Shown here piece after piece: positions 11,923 to 25,500 of a stretch of 64,000 nucleotides of DNA. The stretch comes from Vicugna vicugna (taxonomy: Eukaryota): the NCBI GenBank assembly GCA_013265495.1, contig MU058213.1:4922854-4986853 (forward strand), written 5' to 3'. The notes beneath the pieces were generated by a model. The model saw nothing but the letters and a program-made list of their open reading frames with translations, was not told the DNA's origin and did no database searches. Every line of letters begins with the position of its first letter. Position 1 is the first letter of the stretch. A program made the translations under genes and the position numbers.

Positions 11923-13701
11923 GTAAGCCCTTGGGAAAGGCCACGGGCCTGGGATTGCTGCCTGTGTGGGGACGCTTCAGCCTGAGAGCCAGATCCGACT
12001 TTCAGCTCAGACTTCTGTGACTGAGTGAGCTAGCTCAGGCCACTGTCGCCTTGGCCCCAAGGAGAATTTCCGCATATGTCCCCCCGTGGACTGGTGATTA
12101 TCCCTTTACAAGAGGGCCTTCCCTGGACCAAAGGGATACTGTTAAGAATGCTGTGAAGCGCAGTTCAGCCCCTGTACGGGACAGCAGCTCCTTTCATGGG
12201 TGCCCGCAGCTCTGGGACCAGGGGCTGTGAGAACAGCTTACTTCTGCTCAGGTCTCTGCACCCCCGGAACCTGCCTGCCTCCGCCGCCCCCGCTCTTGTC
12301 CTTGCTCCAGTTCGGGTGCGCCTCTGTCATTCCCTGCCCCTGTCTGTTCCTCACTTTCTTTTCCTTCCTCATTTGCTTCTCCCACTCCTGTTTCTTCTTC
12401 ACTTTTTTCTCTTTTCCACCGTCCTTTTTCTCCTTAACTGTCTATATAATAGGAAACCAAGTTATAGGCTTATTGGACATAGTTTACTAGCCTATTTTTC
12501 TAAGTGAAAAAACAGGTAAGTTGAACATTTCTACGTCTCTATGAGGAAAAAAATTTCTTTTACCTGGTGTTACTGTAACCTGGCTCTCTTGTGGTGGCGC
12601 TCCCTAGAAAAAAGTCCATGTTGTATAAATACAGCTAATCACATATTATTGTAGGTTTCACGCTCGATTGAAAAATCAGATAGATAAAAGAAGAGTTACT
12701 ACTAACAGGGGTATAAGAATTCCTTACAGGCTAATTCTCTAACTTGCAAAGAAAAGGTTTTGATGTAATGAAACACCTGGTCGGCAGTAGAAAAAGTGAA
12801 AAAAAATTTCGTTGTATTAAGCACAGCTCTGAAAAATTATCTATGAATCAATCACTAAAATTAAAAGTATATTTATTTCTAATACATAATTTACAGCTAT
12901 GACAGAAGATTAAATGTATATCTATTTTTTTTCATCTCTAAAATGTTGGCAATAAGGAGTAGGGGGTTAAGGTCAGGAAATTGTGAGGATGGGCAGGGAT
13001 ACTTTGTTTTATAGCATGTGGGATAAACACATGCAGTAGATAAAATCTTCTCCCCAAGGGAGAAACCCCGTCATGCAGCGTTGAGTCCTGTGACTGGCTC
13101 ATGTGTCAGTCTCGGGGAGCAGAGGCTCCGACGAGGAAACCCACATGCACCTTTGCAGCCCCTTGGCACAGCCGGGCAGGAGCACTGCCAGCAGCAGTGA
13201 TGGGCGGGTCTTGCCCCACAGCAGCATTAGCTCGATGTCAGGAGTGTGTTTCCCAAGGGTCGCTTTGCACAGTTAGCATCTCAGGGAACCATGGCTGTCA
13301 GAGCATAGCCTTTCTGCTTCTGCATTTCACATGGCTGTCCCTCATCTCTCCGTGTGGCTCCTTGACTGTGGGAAACACTCCCTTCCTCTCCCCTCCCCTC
13401 AGGGTGCTGGTCTGCACTGTTTCCCTACCTCATATTAGAGAACCGCTGAACGAAACCTCCTGTGCCTTGGCATCTGATTGAATTATCATCTGTCAGTGTT
13501 CACAGTTGGTCTTTTTAAAAAGATGTTTTCAAGTATTTTAGAATTCTCTTTTCTAATGTACCTCTGGACTATAATAGACATATCAGTTTGAAAGATGTAG
13601 GGGAATATTTATATAGGAAAATGGGGAAGCATGTGAAGATCACTGTCCATGCAGTATTCATACTGTCCCTGTGATGTAAGATCTTCCAAATAAACTGCTG
13701 A

Positions 13702-13845
13702 GGAGGGAGGGTGTAGCTCAGGGGTAGAGCATGTGCTTAGCATGCACGAGGTCCTGGGTTCAATCCCCAGTACCTCCATTTAAAAAAAAAAAACTAATAA
13801 AAAATAAATAAATAAATAGACCTAATGACACCGCCCACCCCCACG
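13702..13845 (+). mobile_element. tRNA-Ala-derived SINE (camelid Vic-1 type)
   Basis: tRNA-Ala(AGC)-like head 13707-13778 with A box and B box (ggttcaatcc), then A/AAAT run and cctaat..cccc tail. Confidence 0.9.
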
Positions 13846-16800
13846 AAGTGCGGATAATGTGGTCTGAAAGACTGAGTCACTGGCATGAAATCCCAGGCTG
13901 AAATTTAGGATGGCATTGTTGGTGAGCACCACCTAGGGGCCGGCTGGGTTTCAGCAGTCAGATGGAGACAGAAAGAGACCTTTAATTCTAAATTTAAACT
14001 AACAGCTATTTAAAACGGGTAGTGAGAGTTAATGAGCTTGTCCAGTACACCATGTTAACTCATACAACAATAGGAAGGTTTCAGATCTCAATTGCAGAGC
14101 CATTTATGTGAATACTTTTTTTTTTTTAAGTTAGAAACATAGAAAAGGGACACGTGAGCCTGTTGAGAAGTTCAGGATCAGCCTGGGAGGAAGTTGAGAA
14201 CTCTAGTAATTCAGGGGATGGGGATGGCCAAGGAGAGATGTGAGAGTTGAATTCACATCTTAGAAAATGGTCAAGGAGAAGGGGGAATGTATTTTTGTTT
14301 GTATTGCAGTGCAGGGCCACTGGGTGGCACTTGCAAAGAGGCAGACTTCAGCTTTCTGTTCAACATAAAGAAAACGTTTCCAGGGTTGGCTTCCCTGGGA
14401 AGGGACTAGGCCTTTATCACAGGTGCATTTATGAGGAGAGAAGTCGAGATAGAAGCCCCTTGTATGAAGGGTTCTCTGTGGTTGACGAGGCTGTGCCTGC
14501 TGTTAGGATCTCAGCCTTTTCATTACTTTGCATCGCCAGTGACATCGGCAAAGACTTACTAAAGCAGTTCAAGTCATCTGGACCAGATTTTGAAAAATCC
14601 AGACGACTGAATTAGTCATTTGTGGAATCTTGAACTCTGACTTTAGGAGTATACTTTTGTCTAGTGAACTCCAGCTGGCCAGATATTGAGACAAATTTGA
14701 CCTGGAAATAGAGGCAATTGCGTGTCACACGTTAGGGATGGTTTTCCTTCCCTCCCATGAAGTCTGAAAGCTTGTCTGTGCGGTGGCTTCACACGCACCC
14801 CTCCGTTACTGCTGTCTTACTCATGGTGTCTGTGAGGGAGGCCAGCTTATTAAAATGATGGGCTTCTCGTCTCAGCTCAAAACATCCAGGGGTTATTACT
14901 GAGGTGCTCGGAATCCTTAAACGTTAAGCAGTATATTTATTTCCACCTCAGTAGAATACCATTTCTTAATAATAATAGTAATAATATACTGAATAAAAGT
15001 TAACTGGCCTAGGTTTTTCGGTCCTTAGCTCAATAATGACTTGATTTTCCTTGTGTGGGACAGTATATTTCAGGTAAGGATTTGTGCATGTGAGAGCGAG
15101 CAGGATGGGCCCTTTTGAAATGAAGGATTAATACGTATCTTATGGAGTCAAGGTCACTGAGAAAAGACAAGGAAGGCAAAGCGTCTTGTGTGAAGTGTGG
15201 GACAAATACCCCCACAAGGCTAGCTCTTTGTATTGAATTAAGTCTCCTTTTGTGGCATATGTCAGGGACTGGTTATCTTCCTCTCATCACTAGCTCTTCT
15301 AACTGGTTCTGGATCTGACAAAAAATAAAAAGCAAAACAAGCCCCCAATAGATCCCCTTTAGACATTTAAAGTTTTACCAGAAAAATACAGAGGGATTTA
15401 TAAAAAACAGCACTCATGGGGAAATTCATTCATCCATCCATTTACCAGATATCCATCCACCGGCAGTTGCCCTGGGCTGGGGCTGGGTGCACAGTGGTGG
15501 GCGGTGCAGATATGGCCCTGCCCTCATGGAGCTTACCATCTGGTGTTACCTGAGTTCCAGAGTCATCCTTGCCCTGAGGCTTCATTCTTCTGTTGAAAAG
15601 CCGTGGTGGGACTAGGTCCTTTGTCAATCAGGCTGAGAGCTTTAGCTTGCCATGAAAGAAAGCAGGAGACCAGGGAGGAGCAAAAGGCTGGGAGGAACCT
15701 GCAGCCTGAGCAGTGAGCACCTGACACATCTTTAAGTGTTATTTCTTCAGTCAACAGGACGTTCACACCTCTTTACCTGCTCTCATCAAAGCCCAGTCCC
15801 CTGCCAACCAAAGCAGCTTTCTGCTCAGGGGAGAACTAGGTGGAAGAAAGCAATTTTACAAATTTAAGTTCTCTCCATCCCAAGAGTCTTCCATTTTAAA
15901 TGCATCAGCCATTTGTTAGCACACAATTTATTTAAAGATTATTGTGTGGTCTGCTGAAATGTACAGTGCAAAAGTACGTTTTCCCCAAATGTCCTGTGTT
16001 TGGAGGATTGCGGGTGATCTCCAACACCGGTCACTAGCCAGGCTGGGGTCGGGAGTGGAGCCGCGACCCTGAGCCCACAGCCCTAACCCGCTGCGTTGAA
16101 CTGTTTCCAGATCATGTCCCACGAGCTCTTCTCCACATTTAGTCTCCGGCTCTTTGGAAGATGACAAGATGGTAGCCTGCTCTGGGTTGGAAGCGGTTCT
16201 TTTATTGTTCGTGGTTAGAAGAACACCTGTACTCTCTCTGCTGGGAAGAGGTGGCATGTCTCTGTGACGAACTAATGAACCAAACATGAAGGAAGCACTG
16301 TTGAAAGGGAAACGTGGCACGTAGGGCTCTCATTTATGGAAACACCCACAGACTGTAACTTCAGCGTGTACGGCCTCACACTGCAGAGTCAAGACAACTC
16401 AAAGATCCACAAAGTATTTCGAGAAACGTGGGTTCCTAGACATCAAAGAAGGAACTGCGATGAAACATGGTACTAAAAAGTAATTCAGAAAGTATCAGGT
16501 GCAGGCTGGCCTGAAGACCTTGGGAAAGAAGCCTTATGTATGAAAAGCTGCCGAGGACACCTGCTAAGGAAATAAGAAGCGGGCCTGAAGAACTCCAGCA
16601 CACCAGGCGCAAGTGCGCCCCTCCAGACCCGCCCCAGAGGATACAGAAGCAGCCGAGTGTCTGTGTAGTTCGATTATGTTTGTACGTGGGAGGTGGCCCT
16701 GAGGATGTCCTTTCTGGGTGGAGATCAACAGCCCTGGTCAGCTTACCACTGTTCTTATTTAAGAAACATCTGATTTGCTTCTGTCACCACGGGTGTTTTG

Positions 16801-18569
16801 CCTGAAGAGACAGTTCAACTCACTTCATGAAAAGAAGAAATATATTGGATGAAAAAGGAAATATATTGGGTTGAAATGTATTGAAGCAAAACAGACGCCA
16901 TGAACGCTTTGTTGTTCTAGAGGTTGTCTTGAGACACTCACAGGTGCTGGTGTCTCATCGAAGCTCAACAGCGTTGCTGGGAATCGTAGGGGCAGTGGCA
17001 GCAGGTGGTGGAAATGGCCGGCGGGTGCTTTTAGCCTAACAGGCTAGTCGACTGGGCTGGTGAAGAGAGTTCACGAGGGGCGGGTAGACAGGGGGTGGCT
17101 TTCCACCCCCCGCGCTTCTCCGTGGAGAAGTGGGCAGGTCAGTGATGCTTTCTTGTCAGTCGTTGTCTTTGGCCTTGCGTTTAGGTGCTTCTGCTCAGCT
17201 GAAGGAAGCGGGCGGTGTGGGTGGGAAAGGGGGCGATGAGCCAGTCCCCATGGTAGTCGTGGCCTGGAAACGCAGGTCACCCACACTAGCGGCCTGTTCG
17301 AATGCAAGGCCCCAGATACTCTGCCGGGTTCCTAGCCTTGCGCCGGCAGCTTTAAGTCAGATTTGAGAATCGTTAATCTAGATGTCACTCTAGTGAAGGG
17401 ACCTACACTGTTTCCAGGGACACCTGATGACTTCTAGAGAAAGTGGGTGCTGCGCGTGAGCCCCTCTCCTGGTTGTGTGATGTCCCCTTGCCCTTGGAGT
17501 TCCTTTTCCCTTCTGGGCTCTGGCCAGGACCTGGAGGCCAGGCAGGCCTTAGGTTGCGGGCCGGGGCTGAGGGAGGTGCCTGGGCCGTCCGCAGGATTGG
17601 CCGGGAGACGCCCCCAAGTGCTGTGCCCTCGGCACCCCACGCACCGCCCCCAGGCCTGGGGCTGGGTCCTGGCTCATCAGGGGTCTCCCTAGGTCCTCCC
17701 AAGACCCCCTTCCACCTGCTTCTTCCTGCCTTTTTCCATGTCCTTCAGTTCACCCCTCCCTGCCAGGACTCTGATAGGATGTAAACCCAGCTTACTGGGT
17801 CAGTCATGAGTTAGGTGCTCAAATCTTGCTGCCCCCCCATCCCCTTCCCCTTCCCCTCCCCTTACCTGGATCCTTAGCCTTGAGCTCTTACTAAGGCTGT
17901 AATTTAGTCTCATGGCCATTCACACCCCCCACTCAAAGGAGACGCTACTTAACAGTTGAGGCAAAATTTATTTATAGTAAATGAAAATGTCACAGTTTCA
18001 AACTTTAGTGTTGAACATTGTATTAGCTACATCTTTATTTTAAAATCATACATGCTTGATCTAAAACGTGAAGTTTTTAGAAGGTATCAGAAAGCTCACA
18101 CATCTGAAAGCCTTTTTTCTATGCATTATATAAAAAGACCACAGGTGCATTGTGTGGTCTGGACTGATTAATGTGTTCACGATATGCATTGTCCTTTCAA
18201 GAGGGATGGTCTTTCCTTCATGAGCGTCACTGAACCCGCGTTCTGTTTTTGAGGTTGTTTCTCATTGGCTCTGATGCGTTTCTCAGAGACCTGGGTGCTG
18301 ATGCTCTGCCCGAGAGAGTCTGCGGCTGTGCTTCTGATCCACGTCACTCCCAGCTGGTGAATGTGTCTCGTGCTTTAAGGCTGAGCGTTTGACCTCACAT
18401 CCCATGTTAACTCTCTGTGGGAGGTGTTATTAGCACAATTTTTTGGTATAGGAAACTGAGACTGTTAAAAAAAAAAAAAGAAAATTAAGTAGCCAGCAGT
18501 CTCTCCACAAATGGTGATGGTGCTGAGTCCACACCCAGATTTTTGACTCCAAAGCCAGCGTTGTTCTTT

Positions 18570-19730
18570 GCTTCTTATTTTTTTTTAATTGAAAAAAATG
18601 TTTTAAATATGGAAAAATAGAATGGTAAAAACAAAAGCCCATGTACCCTGTAGAATTGACAGATGTTAACATTTTGGCGTATTTCAGGTTTTTTTCTCCT
18701 AAATAAGACATTACAGACAAAGAAGTTGTACCCTTCCCAGTGCTGATCTTTTTCCTTCTTTCCCCATCCTACCCCCGACCCACGCCCTGCCTCAGCCCTG
18801 CCGCTTCCTCCTGAGGCAGTTTGGCTTCCATCCAGGCCATGTTTCTGTGCTTTGACTGCACATATATGTACTGTTACCAGTGTATAGCTTGGTTTCTGTG
18901 TTTAAAAATGCATATAAGTTTTTATAATATATAGGTAAATTTTATTGTATTTATTTTGCAACTTACTCTTTTCCCCAGATTTATTTTTTGTGTTGTTACA
19001 TACAGATCTAAATTATTCATTTTGATGGCCATCTAATATTCTACCATATGACTACATTTAATGTATCTTACTGACAGACACCTAGCATGCTTCCAGTTTT
19101 TTATTCTTTTACAAGCAATGCCAAGCATGTCTCTGTGCTTCTCCAGAGAACATCCTCTGAGGAGGAAGCGCCAGGGCCTGGGCTTGGCACAGTCTCACCA
19201 CTGCTGGGTGTTTCCCAGTTCTCCACACTGTGCCTGCCCTTCCTCCCGTCACGTACAAGGGGCAGATTTCTCCACAGCTTCCCCACCTCTCAGCCCTGCT
19301 GGACTGGAATTTTAGCGGTTGTGAAATAGTATCTCTGTGTTTCCATTGTAATTTGCATCAGGCTCATTACACCCGGTGAGATGGAGTGTCTTTTCAAAAG
19401 CGTGTTGATCAGTCAGGCTTCCATTCTTCAGTATTGGTTGTTCATGGCTTTTGTTCATTTTTCCGTTTGGTGGTTTTTCTTTCTGCTGGTGATTTGTCGG
19501 AATTCTGTATGTGATCCATATTAGCCACTTACCAGAAAAACTGTTTGGATGTCCTGGTCTTCTCCCAGTCAGTGGTTTTTTTGTTGTTGTTTGTTAGTGT
19601 CTTGTATAATATACAGTTTAAACTTTGGTATAAAGTTATCAACCTTTTTGTGCTGTTGTGTGTTTTGTTTGTCACAAGGATACTTTATGGTAACAGTTTG
19701 AGTTTTGTTTCTCATCTTTAGGTCTGTGGT
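18570..19730 (-). mobile_element. Highly diverged old L1 (L1ME-like) fragment
   Basis: Degenerate antisense L1 3' motifs such as attattcattttgatggc, aatattctaccatatg, ttccagtttttt and aatttgcat. Confidence 0.6.
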
Positions 19731-19819
19731 TATACCCCCACTGCCACACACACACTCATTTACCCCCCCCCCGTTTTCTTCTTTTCTCTATTCTTCTTTC
19801 TTATCATCTTGTAATATAT

Positions 19820-19982
19820 CCTACACTTCTGTGTTTTGCTTATTTATTGTGTTTCCCTCCACTAGAATGTAAGCTCCCTGAGGGCAGTGGCTTTTGTCTG
19901 TTTTGTTCATGGCTAGATCCCTAACACTTGGAACAGTCACTGGCATATAGCAGATGCTCAATAAATATTTGTTGAACAAACA
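19820..19982 (+). mobile_element. L2 3' end
   Basis: cactagaatgtaagctccctgagggcag...gtctgttttgttca...aacagtcactggcatatagcagatgctcaataaatatttgttgaa is the L2a terminus. Confidence 0.9.
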
Positions 19983-20799
19983 CAGAATAATCCAGATGGA
20001 ATTTATTTTTTGCATATGTGGTCTGAATAGAGCTTCCACTTTTTTTTCCTCTCATGGAAGGCTCATTTCTCTAACATCTTCTATTGAGTCGTCCATCCTT
20101 CTCCCACTTACTTTGTCACTCCGCCTTCGTCCAGCTGGAGTTGCTTCTCTTGTGCCACGTCTTTAACATGTTGATCGCCCACTGTGGATCGGGTGTGTTT
20201 CCTGCAGGGCCCAGATTCCCCCTTCACCACAGTGTGATGCACTGAAAATGTATGTGCTTATAATTAATCTGTTTTTTTCCAGTATAATTGAAATTGTTTT
20301 AAAAAAACAATTTGTCTATTTTCAATTTTCAACCTCTTTACTGTTTTATTTCTTCTTGGAATGTCATTATTCTGCATGGAGTAAATTCAGGTAACTTGTA
20401 AAAACCTGCGTAACTGGATGAAGGAAAGCGTCACCCAAACCTGAGTGACGGGGCCCCCGAGGAAATACAGCTGTCACCCAGGTTTGGGTGATACGGCGAT
20501 CAGCGTGTCAGATACTCCCGTCCCCTTGCCCTTGTGCTGAAGTTCGCGGGAAACCCAGTCCTCACACACGGGAGTGGGAGCGGAGGCGATGAAAAGCGAG
20601 GCTAACTTATGTGGAGCTCTTCTCTGGTGGGTCAGTCAGTAAGCATTTAAGAAATGGCTTTTACGAAGCAAAAACAGACCCGAGTCCTCAGAGCCTTCAA
20701 AGGCCTTTCTGGTTAATGTTAAAACTTGTTCCAACTCAAAGCAGAATATGAAGGTTAAGCAGAGGAATGAGCCGTGTACTCGGGACACAGAAGCAGGAG

Positions 20800-21035
20800 A
20801 ACATAGTGGTTACGTTTGTAGGTTTCAAGTAAATTAAATCTGACTTTACATTCTGCCTCTGCTCCTGACTGGGCTTTTATATCGTGAGCAAGTTATTTAT
20901 CCCCTCCAATGTTTAGTTTCCTTATCAAAAAAAGTAAGGGTGGGGGGAATTGATGATCATAGTACTTGCTTCTCGGGTTGCTGATTGAAAGAATGTATGC
21001 TAAGGGCGCCACACAGTGCCTATAAATGTTCACTA
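20800..21035 (+). mobile_element. MIR SINE
   Basis: atagtggtta...ctgcctctgct...gagcaagttattta...agtttccttatc...gatcatagtac...acagtgcct. Confidence 0.65.
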
Positions 21036-21591
21036 ATTCCAGTGTGCATGGAGAATCTTTAAGGAGGAGGTGGTACTTGACCCGGTCTTGCAGGATGGAT
21101 TAGATTTTGGGGGGCAGGGATTGAATGGGTGGAAAAGGACATGTCAGGCAAGGTACAGAATAAACAAAAAATAAAAACATGGAGGCCAGAAAGTGTAGGA
21201 TGAGTTCAGGGAGCATTATTCTAGTCTGACTGGATTTTAAGGAGGGAATAATAAAGAGGAGACTGAAAATGTAAATTGAGACTAATTGGGGTGGATTATC
21301 AGTAACAAGCCAAAAAAAAGTCCTTGATTCCTCGATGGCTCCTCATTGCCTGATCAGATCTGAGCCCCAGAGACATGCCTCTGGCAGGAGGTGCTTGGCG
21401 AACAGGAGAGGAGAGGGGCAGGAAGGGCAGCTGGGGGGCTCCTGGGAGAGTTGTGGCCAGTGCAGGTGAGGGTCCATGTTCCAGGGCACCTGAACTTGAG
21501 GAACACTTTTTAAACTACCGTTTTTGGGTTTTCTTGGGTTTTTTTAGCAACAGCTTTGTGCTGTTGCTAAACAGCTGGGTGCTTCTGTATA

Positions 21592-22034
21592 CAGGGGTAC
21601 CTCAGAGATATTGTGGGTTTGGTTCTAGACTACCACAGTGAAGCAAATACTGCAACAATGTGAGTCCTGTGAATTTTTTGGTTTCCCAACGCTTATAAAA
21701 GTTATCTTTGCAGTAACTATACTGTAGTCTGTTAAGTGAGCAATAGCATTATGTCTAAAAAGACAAGGTATATATACCTTAATTAAAAATACTGCTAAAA
21801 AATGCTGACCACCATGTCAGCCTTCAGTGAGTCATAATCTTTTTGTCGGTGGAGGATTTGAAATATTACAGTAATTACCAGAATGTGACACAGAAACACA
21901 AAGGGAGCAAATAGTGTTGGAAAAATGGCGCCAGTAGACTTGCTCAGTGCAGGGTTGTCACAAACCCTCAATTTGTGAAAAATGGTATGTGTAAAGCACC
22001 CTGAAACGAAGTGCAGTAAAACAGGGTGTGCCTG
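21592..22034 (-). mobile_element. Internally deleted Tigger1-type TcMar DNA transposon (MITE)
   Basis: Both Tigger1 termini (ta|caggggtacctcagagatattgtgggtttggttc... and ...gcagtaaaacagggtgtgcctg) joined without transposase; TA on the left flank. Confidence 0.88.
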
Positions 22035-22436
22035 AACAGCCTCACATTGTTTAGCTGAAACAGTTCTCCCTGGATGTTCCTGGTCAGCGTATAGTCTTCT
22101 GTCCCGGACACTGGGTCCATCCAGGGACCTACAGGGATACAGACGCTTAGGGCTCCCTCTTTCCCACGTCTCATTCCACCTTCCCCTGCAATTAAATAGG
22201 GAAAAATAACAACCTAAAGGCTTAGGGCCCCAGCAAATCCTTTGTGAAAGAAGGTATCACTTGCCAGTATTCTTCCCAGCCTCGCCCAGTTTCCTGGCAG
22301 CATATCCTAGATAGGTTGTCATCACAGGGAGGATGGAGGCCAACCTCTGGACATCAGTGTGGTGCGAACGGAAGAGCCTGGGCCTTGTCATCAGAGAGAT
22401 GTGAGTTTAGATCTCAGCCCTGCCAGCATCGAGCTC

Positions 22437-22541
22437 TGGGGTGACCAGCTGTCCTGGTTTGCCTGCGAATGAGAAGGTTCCTGACACAGGAGACTAAAAC
22501 CTGGAAAGTTCCTGGCAAGCTGGGACGAGCTGGTCAACTCT
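22437..22541. mobile_element. hAT-Blackjack MITE (MER81/MER94-like)
   Basis: Long imperfect TIRs gggtgaccagctgtcctggtttgcc ... ggcaagctgggacgagctggtcaact. Confidence 0.8.
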
Positions 22542-25500
22542 TTAGCCCCATGGTCGGAACCTTTTCCTCACCCCATCAGCCGTCGCCAGGCACACCCTCT
22601 CTCTGGGTGGGTGAGGGGACCAAACATCACTCCGCCTGCTCCCTTGTTGCACTTGCTTGTGCATTTCTTTTCCCGTTTGCTGCCTCACCGGGATGTTTGT
22701 TTCCTGAAAGTGGAGACCAGGTCTTCCTGGCTCAGTGCTCTGTTCCCAGAATCCAGCACTGGGCCCAATGCAGAGGTGGTCACAGCTGGTTGTTGAGGAA
22801 TGAACAAATGATAAAACTCTAGGAACCGTGGTTTCCACGTCTGTGGGGATCACAGCCCTTAGGGTTGCTTCTGAGAATGATAAGCTAAGCCATCAAAAGC
22901 CCTGGGACCCAGTACACCCCTTTTTCTTCCTTCCAGTGGCAGATTGAAAAGCCAGTTTATTCCTCTTTCCCTGATGTTTGTATAGCCGAGGAGAAGCAGG
23001 GTGCTATTCCTTCTTAAATAGGAGTTGGGTTATCTTTAATAAAAGACAGAAATCAAACCAAATTCGATTATTTTACCTCAGAAGCCAGTTTCAACTGATC
23101 CTTTTGAATGGTATGGTTCTATTATTATATATTACTTCAAACTTAATAGAAAAAAATTGATTAAAATGTGTGCCCTGTTCATATCTAGCCTGGCTGAATG
23201 CCACAAGACACATTAATTGAAAATGAATTTCTACAAACCCAATCAAGCATCATGAAGATGAAAAATGTACCTTTTCCCCTCCGTTCCTTCATTGATTTTT
23301 CATTTTCCCCACTCAGAGCTTCATTTAGCAATTTTTCAGTTTCGTTTTGTTGTGGCCTTAATTCATGCCCTTCACTCCCCCCAAAATGAGATAATGTACC
23401 ACTTCCCTCGTCCTCCGTAAACTGCTCTTTCATGCCGCACTCGTGCACGGCTGACTGTGATCTTGTACATGTCCCTGTGCTTCATTGTTTTTATGTCTTT
23501 AATTCTTACTGTGGTAGTTTTTTTCAGAAAGAATGCACTTTAAAAATAAATAACCATGGAATTACAGTATTACAGGACTTCTAAGATAGAATTAAGGGAA
23601 ACTGTAGCCAAAATAAAAAAGCCCTTTCAGAGTAAGAGCATAAAATACCGAGTATTACCATTTTTCATAGTGGGGTATGTGCGTATCAAACATGATTGCA
23701 GTTCTGTTGAGGGAAATGGAGAAGACTGTTTGCCAGATCACAAGGGGCTGGGTTGAAACGAGGCTCTGAGGACATGAGAGGGAGCAAAGGGAGGAGTGAA
23801 AACCCCGGGTGAGCGCTGGACGGGTCTTGCCTGCCCCGTGCCGTCCCTGCCCCGGTCAGTTCACTGATTCCCTGGAGTTACAGGGGTTTTAGAAAGAATA
23901 ATGGGGATCTTCAAGCTATTTTCCTGTGAAATTTTCAAATAATTGAACAGCATGCATTTCTTATGAAAAGTCTAGAAGGATTCACAATCAAGTATCCGAT
24001 TGCTTGACTTTGATCTAGAATTCAGAATCCTGGTTATCCTCTTTTGATCAGAAGCTTGGATTAGCCACTATCCATCATTGACACATTTCCAATGGGAAAA
24101 TGAATTCTTTCTTTCTCGATGCAGCTTAAAGTAGGAAGTCTTTTACAATGAGGGTCCGTTAGAAGGAGTGACACAGTGCAGCGTTGGTGATAGAGGTTTG
24201 GAAACTTTATAATACGTTGAGTTTCCTGATAGGCATGCACACATCCACATCCACTGATTTGAATAAAAGTGCCTGTGGGCTTTCATTGGTTAAAAGTAAA
24301 AGTAGAATGAAAGCAAAATAAAACAAATTTCAAAGAAAATAATATTATCATAAGCTTAGTTTGGATTTAAAAATCCAATTCTATTTCCCTTACAAGATTA
24401 TAAAAAAATTTTTTTCAGGGCGACCATCAATTTTAACATACCTTCTAATACCATGCTGTTTCCATGCTTTCTGTTTTACATGCGGCGTTTTCAGATACAT
24501 GTATGTTATCATTGGCCAGCTAGTAAGAGAAAACAGCCCAAAGCACAGTTTCTTCAAACACCAAATCGAGTGTTATCTAGTATTTCATGCTTACTTGCTG
24601 CTGCATTTCCTATAGTCCTTCATTCCTCTCCACATCCCCAGCCTCAATATGGGGTTGTGTTTCATGAGTCTTGCACAATTGGGTACTATTCACATCATTC
24701 TCATTACAGAGCTGTATCACATTCTGACATCTAACACGAAATGACCCGTGTCCTACATGTCTGTCACTAATGGAAAAAAAATTCCAGGAAGCTGAGAAGC
24801 CTCACAACCTCCTGGGTTGCTCTGAATCCACAACAGGACCTTGCTAAATTTTTGTACAGTTTCATTTTGGTCTGGTTGACATACAAGCTCTTTTTGAAAG
24901 AAACTGGGAGGAATCCTTTCACTATAGGAATCTGTTTCCAAAGCAGTTTATAAAAATGTGTGGATTGATAAGGGTGACTTCACCCCCTGAGGGGACCGCT
25001 CTTGTATCTGAGATAACTGAGACGCCCAACACCTGTTCCGTGCAGGTTTGCTGTCTGGGGCGAGGGAAGGATGTCAGCAGGGGGTGGTGCTGGCAGTGAC
25101 GGGTCCTCCTAGGGGGCTGTGCTTGGAGGGCTGGAATGGAGCAGAGGAGAGACACAGAGCCAGCCTGGAGGACTTGGGAAGAGCTGGCCTGGGAGGTGAC
25201 TGTTGAGTACTCCCTGATGGCAGACTTCCTGGTGGAAAGCAGGATGGAGTGTGGGAAGGCATGCCTGGTGAAGCCACCAGCTGGTGCAAAGGCCTGGAGG
25301 CAGGACCATTGTATGTCCACAGCATGCAGAGGATGGAGAGGCTTTTGTGTAGGATTCAGGCATGAAAGGAAACGGGGGAGATCAGGTGGGACCATAGCAG
25401 AAGGGCCTCCTGTTCATGCTGCAGAGTTCGAACAGTAGAAACTTGGGAGGGTTTTTAAGTAAGAGATATATATTCAGCATCTCTGGGGCTAGAGCCTAGA

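Noticed and set aside
13707..13778. Bona fide tRNA-Ala gene
   Set aside because: Has a SINE tail, an acceptor mismatch, no T4 terminator and three related TSD-flanked copies in the window; annotated as a SINE.
16835..16885. Repeated gaaatatattgg units suggesting a repeat-spacer array
   Set aside because: Two to three short degenerate AT-rich units; no CRISPR-like periodicity in a eukaryotic intron.
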